32,000 nucleotides of DNA from Mycobacterium tuberculosis H37Rv (GCF_000195955.2 NC_000962.3:4050001-4082000); one strand, 5' to 3'; positions 21,792 to 32,000 are shown, numbered from the stretch's first letter. The notes: a model not told the origin generated them from the sequence alone. Numbers and translations: made by a program.

Positions 21792-22666
21792 TGACTCAGA
21801 GCTCATCGGTCGAACGCCTGGTCGGCGAGATCGACGAGTTCGGTTACACCGTAGTCGAGGATGTCCTCGACGCCGATTCGGTTGCCGCATACCTAGCGGA
21901 TACCCGTCGGCTGGAACGGGAGCTACCGACCGTCATCGCCAACTCCACAACCGTCGTCAAGGGCCTGGCGCGGCCCGGCCATGTCCCGGTCGACCGGGTC
22001 GACCACGACTGGGTGCGCATCGACAACTTGTTGCTGCACGGCACCCGCTACGAGGCGCTGCCGGTACACCCCAAGCTGCTGCCGGTCATCGAGGGTGTGC
22101 TTGGCCGCGACTGCCTGTTGTCGTGGTGTATGACGAGCAACCAGCTGCCGGGCGCGGTGGCTCAGCGCTTGCACTGCGACGACGAAATGTATCCGCTGCC
22201 GCGGCCGCATCAACCGCTGCTGTGCAACGCGTTGATCGCGCTGTGCGATTTCACCGCCGACAACGGCGCCACCCAAGTGGTGCCCGGTTCACATCGCTGG
22301 CCCGAGCGGCCGTCGCCGCCATACCCGGAGGGCAAGCCGGTCGAGATCAATGCGGGCGACGCGTTGATCTGGAATGGCAGCCTGTGGCATACCGCCGCAG
22401 CGAACCGCACCGATGCCCCGCGGCCGGCATTGACCATCAACTTCTGCGTGGGGTTCGTGCGCCAGCAGGTCAATCAACAGCTGTCCATCCCGCGAGAGTT
22501 GGTGCGCTGCTTTGAACCTCGGCTACAGGAACTGATCGGCTACGGGCTATACGCCGGAAAGATGGGCCGAATCGACTGGCGACCGCCGGCCGACTATCTC
22601 GACGCCGACCGGCATCCGTTCTTGGACGCCGTAGCGGACCGTCTGCAGACTTCGGTCAGGCTCTGA
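21791..22666 (+). CDS. phytanoyl-CoA dioxygenase (PhyH) family Fe(II)/2-oxoglutarate oxygenase
   Basis: 291-aa ORF with an HxD motif (RLHCDDE), a distal His (SLWHTAAAN) and a conserved Arg region, typical of PhyH-family oxygenases. Confidence 0.8.
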   Translation: MTQSSSVERLVGEIDEFGYTVVEDVLDADSVAAYLADTRRLERELPTVIANSTTVVKGLARPGHVPVDRVDHDWVRIDNLLLHGTRYEALPVHPKLLPVIEGVLGRDCLLSWCMTSNQLPGAVAQRLHCDDEMYPLPRPHQPLLCNALIALCDFTADNGATQVVPGSHRWPERPSPPYPEGKPVEINAGDALIWNGSLWHTAAANRTDAPRPALTINFCVGFVRQQVNQQLSIPRELVRCFEPRLQELIGYGLYAGKMGRIDWRPPADYLDADRHPFLDAVADRLQTSVRL

Positions 22667-25409
<2,743 letters not shown>

Positions 25410-25703
25410 CCTCAACGCCGGTCGCCACAGCCGCTCAAACGTGGCGGCCGCGCGTATTCGACCGTCCGTAGTGGTTCGTTAAAGCGTTGCAGTACAACGC
25501 ATACAACAATCAATCGGCCATTGAGTTCGCACGCTCATGCAGTTGCGAATGGTCGGTGGATGCTCGAAGCCAATGCAGAAAGCGACCGGCTCGATGAGCT
25601 GCACCAGCAGTATCACCGAGATGATCTTGGCGGTAATCAGGCTTGTATCTCTTGTAGTGTGGCGGCGGCAACTGAATACTGACCAGAGCGCGGCAACTGA
25701 AAA

Positions 25704-26984
25704 TTGACCAGCTTCCTGGAGAGCCTTGGCTATGGGCCAAGGAGGAAGCGAGTGTTGAGCGTGGAGGATTGGGCCGAGATCCGGCGGTTGCGCCGGTCGG
25801 AGCGGTTGCCGATTTCGGAGATCGCGCGGGTGTTGAAGATTTCGCGGAACACGGTGAAGTCGGCGTTGGCCTCCGATGGGCCGCCGAAGTACCAGCGTGC
25901 GGCGAAGGGCTCGGTTGCAGATGAGGCCGAGCCGCGGATCCGGGAGTTGTTGGCAGCCTATCCGCGGATGCCTGCGACGGTGATCGCCGAGCGGATCGGT
26001 TGGTGGTATTCGATCCGGACGCTCAGCGGGCGAGTACGCGAGTTGCGGCCGCTGTATCTGCCGCCGGATCCGGCGTCGCGCGACATATGTGGCCGGTGAG
26101 ATCGGGCAGTGCGACTTCTGGTTCCCCGATGTCGTTGTGCCGGTGGGGTACGGCCAGGTCCGCACCGCCACGGCGTTACCTGTGCTGACCATGGTGTGTG
26201 GGTATTCGCGGTGGGCCTCGGCGCTGTTGATCCCGACACGCACCGCCGAAGACTTGTATGCCGGGTGGTGGCAGCATCTTTCGACGTTGGGCGCCGTTCC
26301 AAGGGTGTTGGTGTGGGACGGCGAGGGCGCGGTCGGGCGGTGGTGGGCGCGCCAACCTGAACTGACTGCGGCATGCCATGCCTTCCGCGGCACCCTGGCC
26401 GCCAAAGTGTGGATCTGTAAACCGGTGATCCCGAAGCCAAGGGGCTGGTCGAACGTTTCCACGACTACCTGGAGCGGGCGTTCTTGCCGGGTCGGGTCTT
26501 TGCCTCTCCGGCGGATTTCAATACCCAGTTGCAGGCCTGGCTGGTGCGGGCCAATCACCGCCAGCACCGAGTGCTGGGATGTCGACCGGCAGATCGCATC
26601 GAGGCCGATACCGCAGCGATGCTGACATTGCCGCCGGTCGGGCCCAGCATCGGGTGGCGAACCTCGACACGGCTGCCGCGCGATCATTACGTGCGCCTCG
26701 ACGGCAACGACTACTCGGTGCATCCGGTCGCGATCGGCCGGCGCATCGAGATCACCGCAGATCTGAGCCGGGTCCGGGTCTGGTGTGGCGGCACCCTGGT
26801 CGCCGATCATGACCGCATCTGGGCCAAACACCAGACGATCAGCGATCCCGAGCATGTCGTGGCCGCCAAACTGCTGCGACGCAAACGGTTCGACATCGTC
26901 GGTCCACCCCACCACGTTGAGGTCGAACAACGTCTCCTGACCACCTACGACACCGTGTTGGGCCTTGACGGGCCGGTGGCCTGA
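25704..26984 (+). pseudogene. istA: IS21-family transposase IstA, disrupted by two frameshifts
   Basis: The N-terminal HTH part is in frame 0 (VLSVEDWAEIRRLRRSERLPISEIARVL..., stops at 26099). The DDE core is in frame 1 (AGEIGQCDFWFP...VWDGEGAV...). The C-terminal part returns to frame 0 (GDPEAKGLVERFHDYLERAFLPGR...). The apparent lesions are a +1 near 26082 and a -1 near 26424. Confidence 0.85.
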
Positions 26985-27730
26985 TGGCAGCCAAGACCGC
27001 TACCAACAGCCGCGATGTGGCCGCCGAGCTGGCGTATCTGACCCGGGCGCTGAAAGCCCCCACCCTGCGCGGGGCCATCGAGCAGCTCGCTGACCGCGCC
27101 CGCACCAAGACTTGGAGCTATGAGGAGTTCCTCGCAGCGTGTCTGCAACGCGAGGTGTCGGCCCGCGAATCCCACGGCGGCGAAGGACGCATCAGGGCCG
27201 CCCGCTTCCCATCGCGCAAGTCGTTGGAGGAGTTCGACTTCGACCACGCCCGCGGTCTCAAACGCGACACCATAGCGCATCTGGGCACCCTGGACTTCGT
27301 CACCCTAGCAATCGGGATCGCGATCCGCGCCTGCCAGGCCGGCCACCGCGTCCTATTCGCCACCGCCTCGCAATGGGTTGATCGTCTGGCCGCCGCCCAC
27401 CACAGCGGCACCCTGCAATCTGAACTGATTCGGCTGGCCCGATACCCGCTGCTGGTCGTCGACGAAGTGGGCTACATCCCCTTCGAACCCGAAGCCGCCA
27501 ACCTGTTCTTCCAATTGGTGTCGTCCCGCTACGAACGGGCCAGCCTCATCGTCACGTCAAATAAGCCCTTCGGGCGCTGGGGCGAAGTATTCGGCGACGA
27601 CGTCGTAGCCGCGGCCATGATCGACCGACTCGTGCACCACGCCGAAGTCATCGCACTCAAAGGAGACAGCTACCGCATCAAAGACCGAGACCTCGGCCGC
27701 GTCCCCACCGTCACGGCCGACGACCAATGA
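26984..27730 (+). CDS. istB: IS21-family helper protein IstB, lacking the Walker A P-loop (probably non-functional)
   Basis: 248-aa ORF with Walker B LLVVDEVGY and an IstB C-terminus (SLIVTSNKPFGRWGEVFGDD...DRLVHHAEV). No GxxxxGK[ST] motif occurs anywhere. The sequence jumps LDFVT|LAIGIAIRACQAG at about 27305, where IstB proteins normally carry ...GPPGTGKTH.... Confidence 0.8.
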   Translation: MAAKTATNSRDVAAELAYLTRALKAPTLRGAIEQLADRARTKTWSYEEFLAACLQREVSARESHGGEGRIRAARFPSRKSLEEFDFDHARGLKRDTIAHLGTLDFVTLAIGIAIRACQAGHRVLFATASQWVDRLAAAHHSGTLQSELIRLARYPLLVVDEVGYIPFEPEAANLFFQLVSSRYERASLIVTSNKPFGRWGEVFGDDVVAAAMIDRLVHHAEVIALKGDSYRIKDRDLGRVPTVTADDQ

Positions 27731-27883
27731 AACCAAGCTGGTCAATTTTCGATTGCCGACACCTGATCAGTTTTCGGTTGCCGTTGACATAGTGCCCAAA
27801 ACACGCACCCACATCAGATGCAGAACCCCTTGACAACCAATAGGGAATCTCTTCGCATGATGGAGGTTGCTGGCACCAATCCA

Positions 27884-28450
27884 TCAGGAAGGCCCTTGTT
27901 GACCGGCACTGGGTTGGGGGTCCACCGCGATGGGTGAGTATGGCAAGTGCGGCACGTATGCACCCGTCTTGGTGCACGCGGCCAAGGGCAGCCCGTTAGC
28001 GCCGTCGCCCAGCGTGAACTGAGGGCGGAGAATCGGCCGGAATCTCGCCCTCAGTGCACGCTCGGCGCCGTTTGGCCTCACCCGGTCAACGTGAACTGTC
28101 CGGGGCGGGCACTGTCGCGTAGCGAGCCCACGTGGGGCCGGGGTCGGCCCGCCAAAAACGCCCCGGCGCGGCCAGCTCATGAGCGGGTACGCAAGCTCAA
28201 GCAGATCTCCGTAGCCGTGACGGAGTGCTTCATCGATGTCCGCAGCGATGGCAGCGGCCAGTGCGTGCCTAAACCCGTCTTGCGCAGAGTCTTTCGCAGC
28301 GGGCGGGTAGTTGCACGTCGTCGCCGAAGTGCTGACGATCCCGTTGCGGTCGGAGACCGCGAGTAGCCAGCGCGCGTCCGGGGCAGCATCTCGCGCAGCA
28401 CGCTGAAGTGTCGCGGCACCGGAAGCCGGGGGCGTGAAGAGACCCGCCAT
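27884..28450 (-). CDS. hypothetical protein (orphan ORF between two IS elements)
   Basis: 188-aa ORF with no motif I recognise. Coding status is supported only by ORF length in a high-GC context. Confidence 0.4.
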   Translation of the reverse strand: MAGLFTPPASGAATLQRAARDAAPDARWLLAVSDRNGIVSTSATTCNYPPAAKDSAQDGFRHALAAAIAADIDEALRHGYGDLLELAYPLMSWPRRGVFGGPTPAPRGLATRQCPPRTVHVDRVRPNGAERALRARFRPILRPQFTLGDGANGLPLAACTKTGAYVPHLPYSPIAVDPQPSAGQQGPS

Positions 28451-28474
28451 GACACCGGCTGGACGGCGCGGGGC

Positions 28475-29866
28475 AGAGTCCCGCGGAGTGGTGGGCTTCG
28501 ACGTTGAGTTCGTCGGTGCCTACTGGCCGCCGCTGATTGCGGCGACCACAGCATTATCGCTATCGGGGTAGAGCAGCGCCATAGAGGCCTCGGAGAGGTA
28601 GCGGCGCTCGCTGGCCTGCCATTCGTCGTGCATGTCGGCCAGGACGGCGCCCACAAGGCGGATCACGGCTGCAGGATTCGGGAAGATCCCCACGACGCGG
28701 GAGCGTCGCTTGATCTCCTTATTGATGCGCTCCAATGGATTGGTCGACCAGATCTTTTGCCAGTGCGCCTTGGGAAATGCGGTGAACGCCAATACTTCTG
28801 CCCTGGCGTCGTCCATCAGCGGGCCGATCTTGGGAAACGACGCGGCGAGGCGATCACGGACCCCCTCCCAGGTCGCGTGCACCGCCTCGGCGTCGGGTGC
28901 CGAGAAAATCATTCGAAACATGCTGGCGACCATGTCGGCCTTGTCCTTGGGCACGTGGGCGAGCAGATTGCGCGCGAAGTGCACCCGACAGCGCTGATGC
29001 CCAGCGCCCTGGAAACAGCGCTTCAACGCCTTCACCAGCCCGGCGTGCTGGTCACTGATCACCAGCCGGACACCACCGAGGCCGCGCCCCTTGAGCGAGG
29101 TCAGGAACCCGCGCCAGAAGGTCTCATCCTCGCTGTCGCCGACGTCGAGGCCGAGGATCTCGCGTGACCCGTCGGCGGCGATGCCGCTGGCAACGATGAC
29201 GGCCATCGACACCACCTGGCCAGTACCGTTGCGCACGTTGAGATAGGTGGCGTCGAGGTAGACGTAGGGGAACTCGATGTGCCCGAGCGTGCGGGTGCGG
29301 AACGCGCCGACGATCTCGTCGAGTCCGGCACAGATCCGCGACACCTCGGATTTGGAGATGCCGGTCTCCACACCCATCGCCTCGACCAGGTCGTCGACCG
29401 CACGGGTAGAGATACCGTGCACGTAGGCCTCCATCACCACCGCGTACAAGGCCTGATCGATCCGCCGGCGCGGCTCGAGGATCGCCGGGAAGAAAGAGCC
29501 CTTGCGCAGCTTAGGGATTCGCAGTTCCACGTCACCGGCCTGCGTGGACAGCACCCGCGATCGGGCACCGTTGCGATCGGTCACCCGAGTGTCGCTGCGT
29601 TCATAACGGGCAGCGCCGATCCGTTCAGTGGCTTCGAGCTCGCTGAGTTCCTGCAACACCAGACGGACGGCATCACGGATCAAGTCGACGCCATCACCAG
29701 TGCGGAACGCGTCGAGCAACTCGGACAGGGCAGACTGTGGCAAGGCCATCGGCGGGATCTCCTTCGGTGCGTGCTTGGCGGTACACACCGACGATCTCGC
29801 CGACGGCCCCTACCTCATCGGAGCCACTCCGCAACAACCCCTAAACCCACCACGCTGCGGGACGCT
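28475..29866 (-). mobile_element. IS256-family insertion sequence (IS1553-like); boundaries approximate
   Basis: Imperfect terminal inverted repeats: gtcccgcggagtggtgggctt at 28478-28498, against the reverse complement of 29843-29863, gtcccgcagcgtggtgggttt. They enclose a single mutator-type transposase gene. I could not identify a clear target-site duplication. Confidence 0.75.
28520..29749 (-). CDS. IS256-family (mutator-type, Transposase_mut) transposase, apparently intact
   Basis: An uninterrupted ORF of 409-422 aa. It has DDE-type signature regions YLDATYL, VISDQHAG and NPLERINKEIKRR. I prefer the start at 29749 (MALPQSAL...) and the ORF-track start at 29788 is the alternative. Confidence 0.88.
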   Translation of the reverse strand: MALPQSALSELLDAFRTGDGVDLIRDAVRLVLQELSELEATERIGAARYERSDTRVTDRNGARSRVLSTQAGDVELRIPKLRKGSFFPAILEPRRRIDQALYAVVMEAYVHGISTRAVDDLVEAMGVETGISKSEVSRICAGLDEIVGAFRTRTLGHIEFPYVYLDATYLNVRNGTGQVVSMAVIVASGIAADGSREILGLDVGDSEDETFWRGFLTSLKGRGLGGVRLVISDQHAGLVKALKRCFQGAGHQRCRVHFARNLLAHVPKDKADMVASMFRMIFSAPDAEAVHATWEGVRDRLAASFPKIGPLMDDARAEVLAFTAFPKAHWQKIWSTNPLERINKEIKRRSRVVGIFPNPAAVIRLVGAVLADMHDEWQASERRYLSEASMALLYPDSDNAVVAAISGGQ

Positions 29867-29924
29867 TACCGGCGGCGTGGCACAACGTTCGGTATCGCTG
29901 ATCGGCATCAGGAGGTTAGTGCGA

Positions 29925-30560
29925 TCAGAAGTCGTAAGTGGGCTCGGCGTCGAGGATCCCCTTGAACATCGCGACCAGGCCCGTGAGATCAGAGTTGGCG
30001 CGCGCCACGTGACAAGCGCCGTGCAACTCTTCCAGGTCGGTCTTCCCCCAGTCGAGGCCAGAACCGCGTTCGGACAACAGGAGATCGAAGAACTCGCGGG
30101 TCGAGCGGCCGTTGCCCTCGCGGAACGGGTGGGCATAGTTCACGTAGTCGTACCGGTATGCGACCTGGCCAGCGAGATCACCTTCGCCGACCGCTCTGAG
30201 CCGGTCGAGCTGGTAGATCTCCGCAGCCACATGCTCCATGGGCCGACTGATGCCGCCCGGCGCGCAGAAAGACTCGTCCTCCTTCTCGATGCCGACTGTC
30301 CGCAGATCTCCCGCCCAGACGTAAATGTCCTGGAACAGCTGGCGGTGAATCGCCCGCAGGTATGCGAGATCTGTGCGGTCGCCCAGCAGATTGGGATCCT
30401 CGCGGAGTTCGATCACCCGGGCCTCAACGAGGTCGTTCTCGGCATCACGCAGTTCGGCATGCGTTCGAGCGCCGACCCGGTTCCTCAAGACGGACATAGC
30501 GGGGATGAAGTAGCCCTGCCAATTCCGTTCGTGATCGCCGGTGTCCCATGGATGCGGCAC
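29925..30560 (-). CDS. fic: Fic-domain protein (putative AMPylase / cell filamentation protein)
   Basis: Complete Fic motif HPFREGNGRSTR, matching HxFx(D/E)GNGRxxR. The N-terminus is Fic-typical (YFIPAMSVLRNRVGARTHAELRDAENDLVEARVIEL). The probable GTG start at 30560 is 10 nt after the stop of the small upstream ORF. The 263-aa ATG extension overlaps that ORF. Confidence 0.88.
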   Translation of the reverse strand: MPHPWDTGDHERNWQGYFIPAMSVLRNRVGARTHAELRDAENDLVEARVIELREDPNLLGDRTDLAYLRAIHRQLFQDIYVWAGDLRTVGIEKEDESFCAPGGISRPMEHVAAEIYQLDRLRAVGEGDLAGQVAYRYDYVNYAHPFREGNGRSTREFFDLLLSERGSGLDWGKTDLEELHGACHVARANSDLTGLVAMFKGILDAEPTYDF

Positions 30561-30570
30561 TCCACCCCGG

Positions 30571-30765
30571 TTACTGGATGTTGTACCGGCGGCGGACGCG
30601 CTCACCCAACTCGGCTGCCGTGATCTTGCCGCGGGCGTAGTCGTTCTGATCGGCACGGGTGGCGGCGGTGCTGCGGGTGCCCTCCAGCTCGGTGTTGCGG
30701 CGAGTTGCCCTGACATTCCTGAAGCGCCGCTTCACCTTCTGCAACTCGGTCGCCTGGACAAACAC
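30571..30765 (-). CDS. small VbhA-like protein, candidate Fic inhibitor/antitoxin
   Basis: 64-aa ORF (GTG start) directly upstream of and co-oriented with fic. It contains ...RRNTELEGTRS..., which resembles the inhibitory (S/T)xxxE(G/N) helix of class I Fic antitoxins. As I recall it, VbhA reads ...ASQRLEGLEP.... Here the first motif position is Asn. Confidence 0.55.
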   Translation of the reverse strand: MFVQATELQKVKRRFRNVRATRRNTELEGTRSTAATRADQNDYARGKITAAELGERVRRRYNIQ

Positions 30766-30929
30766 TTCATCTCATTTGGTGGTCCTGACCAGGATAGTCG
30801 ACAGCGCTGACATTGCAGGAAGTTGACCGTCAAGCACAGCACGGTTCTCCACCGCTGATGTACGACCATCATGTCTCGTTGGTCCTGTAATCGACGGCGT
30901 CCCACCGGCTCGACAAGAAATCCCACCAG

Positions 30930-31351
30930 GTGACTGGACGCAAGGCCGGTGGGGCCCCCTACACCGTCACCATCCCGGAGTTCGGAGCCGCAGCTTTGCG
31001 CGAGCAGCGGGCACTGGTCATCCCGTTCGACCCGGTGTTTCCGGCCCGGCGCGGCACCCGCTAGTCCGAGGCCAACGTCGCACCCACTGGCGGGCGATCC
31101 GCGGAGAGGACTTCAAATGGGTTGTCCCGCACTCGATCCGCAAGTCCGTCGTCACCGCGGTGGAACGCTCGATAGGGCTGGAAGCCGCGGCCCAGCAGGC
31201 CGGGCACAGCGGCAGCGAGATCACCCGGCGGCACTACGTCGAGCGGTCCGTGACGGTGCCCGACTACACCGCCGCCCTGGACGAGTATTCGCGCCCTATC
31301 CGCGCCTTCAGGCCATTAAAGAGCAACAGGCCGGGTGATATACCGACCTGA
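30930..31351 (+). pseudogene. tyrosine recombinase (phage-type integrase) C-terminal remnant
   Basis: Frame 0 reads ...YTVTIPEFGAAALREQRALVIPFDPVFPARRGTR, then a TAG at 31062. After a shift near 31065-31080, frame 2 reads ...HWRAIRGEDFKWVVPHSIRKSVVTAVERSIGLEAAAQQAGHSGSEITRRHYVER. This includes the HxxR box and the GHS...Y catalytic Tyr region. The N-terminal two-thirds or so is missing. It ends 10 nt from the tRNA 3' end. Confidence 0.8.
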
Positions 31352-31361
31352 CCTGCAAAGA

Positions 31362-31437
31362 TGGAGCCGCCTAGGAGAATCGAACTCCTGACCTATTCAT
31401 TACGAGTGAATCGCTCTACCGACTGAGCTAAGGCGGC
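31362..31437 (-). tRNA. tRNA-Thr (anticodon CGU), CCA encoded
   Basis: The reverse complement is GCCGCCTTAGCTCAGTCGGTAGAGCGATTCACTCGTAATGAATAGGTCAGGAGTTCGATTCTCCTAGGCGGCTCCA. It folds as a cloverleaf: acceptor GCCGCCT/AGGCGGC, D stem GCTC/GAGC, anticodon stem ATTCA/TGAAT with loop CTCGTAA, and T arm AGGAG-TTCGATT-CTCCT. Confidence 0.95.
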
Positions 31438-31515
31438 TTTTCCCCTGGGTGCCCGCTTGCCGGGCGGCACGAGTCTACGGCAGGCGGGCCGGCCCGCCCA
31501 AGTTTGCGGCGGTCG

Positions 31516-32000
31516 CTACCGCAGTTCCTGGCCGATGGTGGCGACCATGGCATCGACGGCGAACTTCGGTTTGACGTTGACCGCTAGCGCTTCCCTGCAC
31601 GCCAACACCGCTTCGATGCAGCGCAGCAGCCGCTCCGGCGGGGCGTGGGCGGCCAGCGCAGCAACCCGGTCGGCCATATCCGGGTGGTTGGCCCGCACCC
31701 CACCCGCGTGGGCTGCGACCAACAGTGCATCCCGGAAGTAGGTCGCCAGATCGATCAGTGCCCGGTCCAGCGCATCGCGCGAGGCCCGCGTCTGCCGGGA
31801 TTTCTGCCGTCGTTCAAGATCCTTCATCGCGCCGGTGGCACCACGCAACGCCGCGCCGGTGCCTTTACCGGTACCTCCGGCTCCCAGCGCCGTCCGCAGT
31901 TCTTCGGTCTCGGCCTCGATACGCTGCGCGGTCAACGCTAAGGCCTCGGCCTCGGCGCCGGCCACCAACTCCTCGGCGGCTGCGTAGGCACGCGAGGGTG
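31516..32000 (-). CDS. holB: probable DNA polymerase III delta' subunit (C-terminal part); the 5' end runs off the right window edge
   Basis: The minus frame is open from 31516 to the window edge, and the ORF-track ATG at 31968 is internal. The assignment rests on my recollection of gene order in M. tuberculosis. The visible C-terminal helical region is not itself diagnostic. Confidence 0.5.
   Translation of the reverse strand, partial: PSRAYAAAEELVAGAEAEALALTAQRIEAETEELRTALGAGGTGKGTGAALRGATGAMKDLERRQKSRQTRASRDALDRALIDLATYFRDALLVAAHAGGVRANHPDMADRVAALAAHAPPERLLRCIEAVLACREALAVNVKPKFAVDAMVATIGQELR

Larger units (their letters stand above)
25660..27789 (+). mobile_element. IS21-family insertion sequence (IS1532/1533/1534-like), defective
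   Basis: The termini start TG.../...CA with imperfect inverted repeats: left tggcggcggcaactgaatactgaccag, and right (reverse complement) tgtcaacggcaaccgaaaactgatcag. A second internal repeat pair is cggcaactgaaaattgaccagc at 25691-25712 and gctggtcaattttcgattgccg at 27737-27758. A 5-bp direct repeat TAGTG flanks the element at 25655-25659 and 27790-27794. It carries istA and istB with a TGATG junction. Confidence 0.85.

Noticed and set aside
25410-25659. A search by eye for a direct repeat of the tRNA-Thr 3' end (the att site) marking the left island boundary
   Set aside because: I could not find a convincing match by eye, so no boundary is claimed. This needs a computed alignment.
25479-26930. 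483-aa minus-strand ORF, the longest ORF in the IS region
   Set aside because: It is antisense to the istA coding segments, whose three pieces match IS21-family transposase features. The antisense translation has no motif and is Arg/Pro-rich.
28441-29880. Target-site duplication flanking the IS256-family element
   Set aside because: The flanks (…ggacggcgcgggg / cttaccggcggcgtgg…) share only loose GC-rich similarity. I could not define an exact 8-9-bp repeat, so the ends are reported as approximate.
30561-30716. N-terminal extension of fic to 263 aa
   Set aside because: The extension is Pro/Ala/Ser-rich, has no Fic-family counterpart, and overlaps the small upstream ORF in another frame. The GTG at 30560 precedes the conserved Fic N-terminal region.

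Overview
This is a high-GC actinobacterial chromosome. I recognise many of the proteins from memory as Mycobacterium tuberculosis complex sequences (FolE, FtsH, EspA/EspC/EspD, EphA, EsxV/EsxW, PPE/PE, LpqG, Hpt, TilS, Ppa, GalE1, Fic). The gene order matches my recollection of H37Rv Rv3609c to Rv3644c, roughly 4.05-4.08 Mb. No database search was run.

Layout:
1. 1-2883: folE and ftsH.
2. 2946-3550: a perfect 111-bp x5 tandem repeat directly upstream of ftsH.
3. 2.9-13.2 kb: an accessory block. It holds espD-espC-espA with a 1.36-kb regulatory region, ephA, a luciferase-like monooxygenase, a PE/PPE/esxW/esxV cassette and lpqG. It sits between ftsH and hpt-tilS, which are usually neighbours.
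4. 13.2-19 kb: a housekeeping block of hpt, tilS, an HEXXH metalloprotease, a PBP4-type carboxypeptidase, ppa and a TerC/DUF475-like membrane protein.
5. 19.2-25.4 kb: a cell-envelope glycan cluster. It holds a flippase-like membrane protein, a GT2 polyprenyl-phosphate glycosyltransferase, a small membrane partner, a PhyH dioxygenase, galE1 and a large polytopic membrane protein.
6. 25.4-31.4 kb: a decayed mobile region ending at a tRNA-Thr(CGU). It holds an IS21-family element with a frameshifted istA and an istB lacking Walker A. It also holds an orphan ORF, an apparently intact IS256-family element, a Fic protein with a small VbhA-like upstream partner, and an integrase remnant.
7. 31516-32000: the 3' part of a probable holB.

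I found no convincing new multi-gene system. The observations most worth follow-up are:
- the Fic/VbhA-like pair inside the decayed tRNA-linked island;
- a 26-codon ORF with a strong SD, coupled to the PhyH dioxygenase, that I do not recall being annotated;
- a 46-bp-spaced duplicated hairpin at the 3' end of the small membrane gene;
- the repeat array next to the ftsH start;
- the dense motif architecture upstream of espA.
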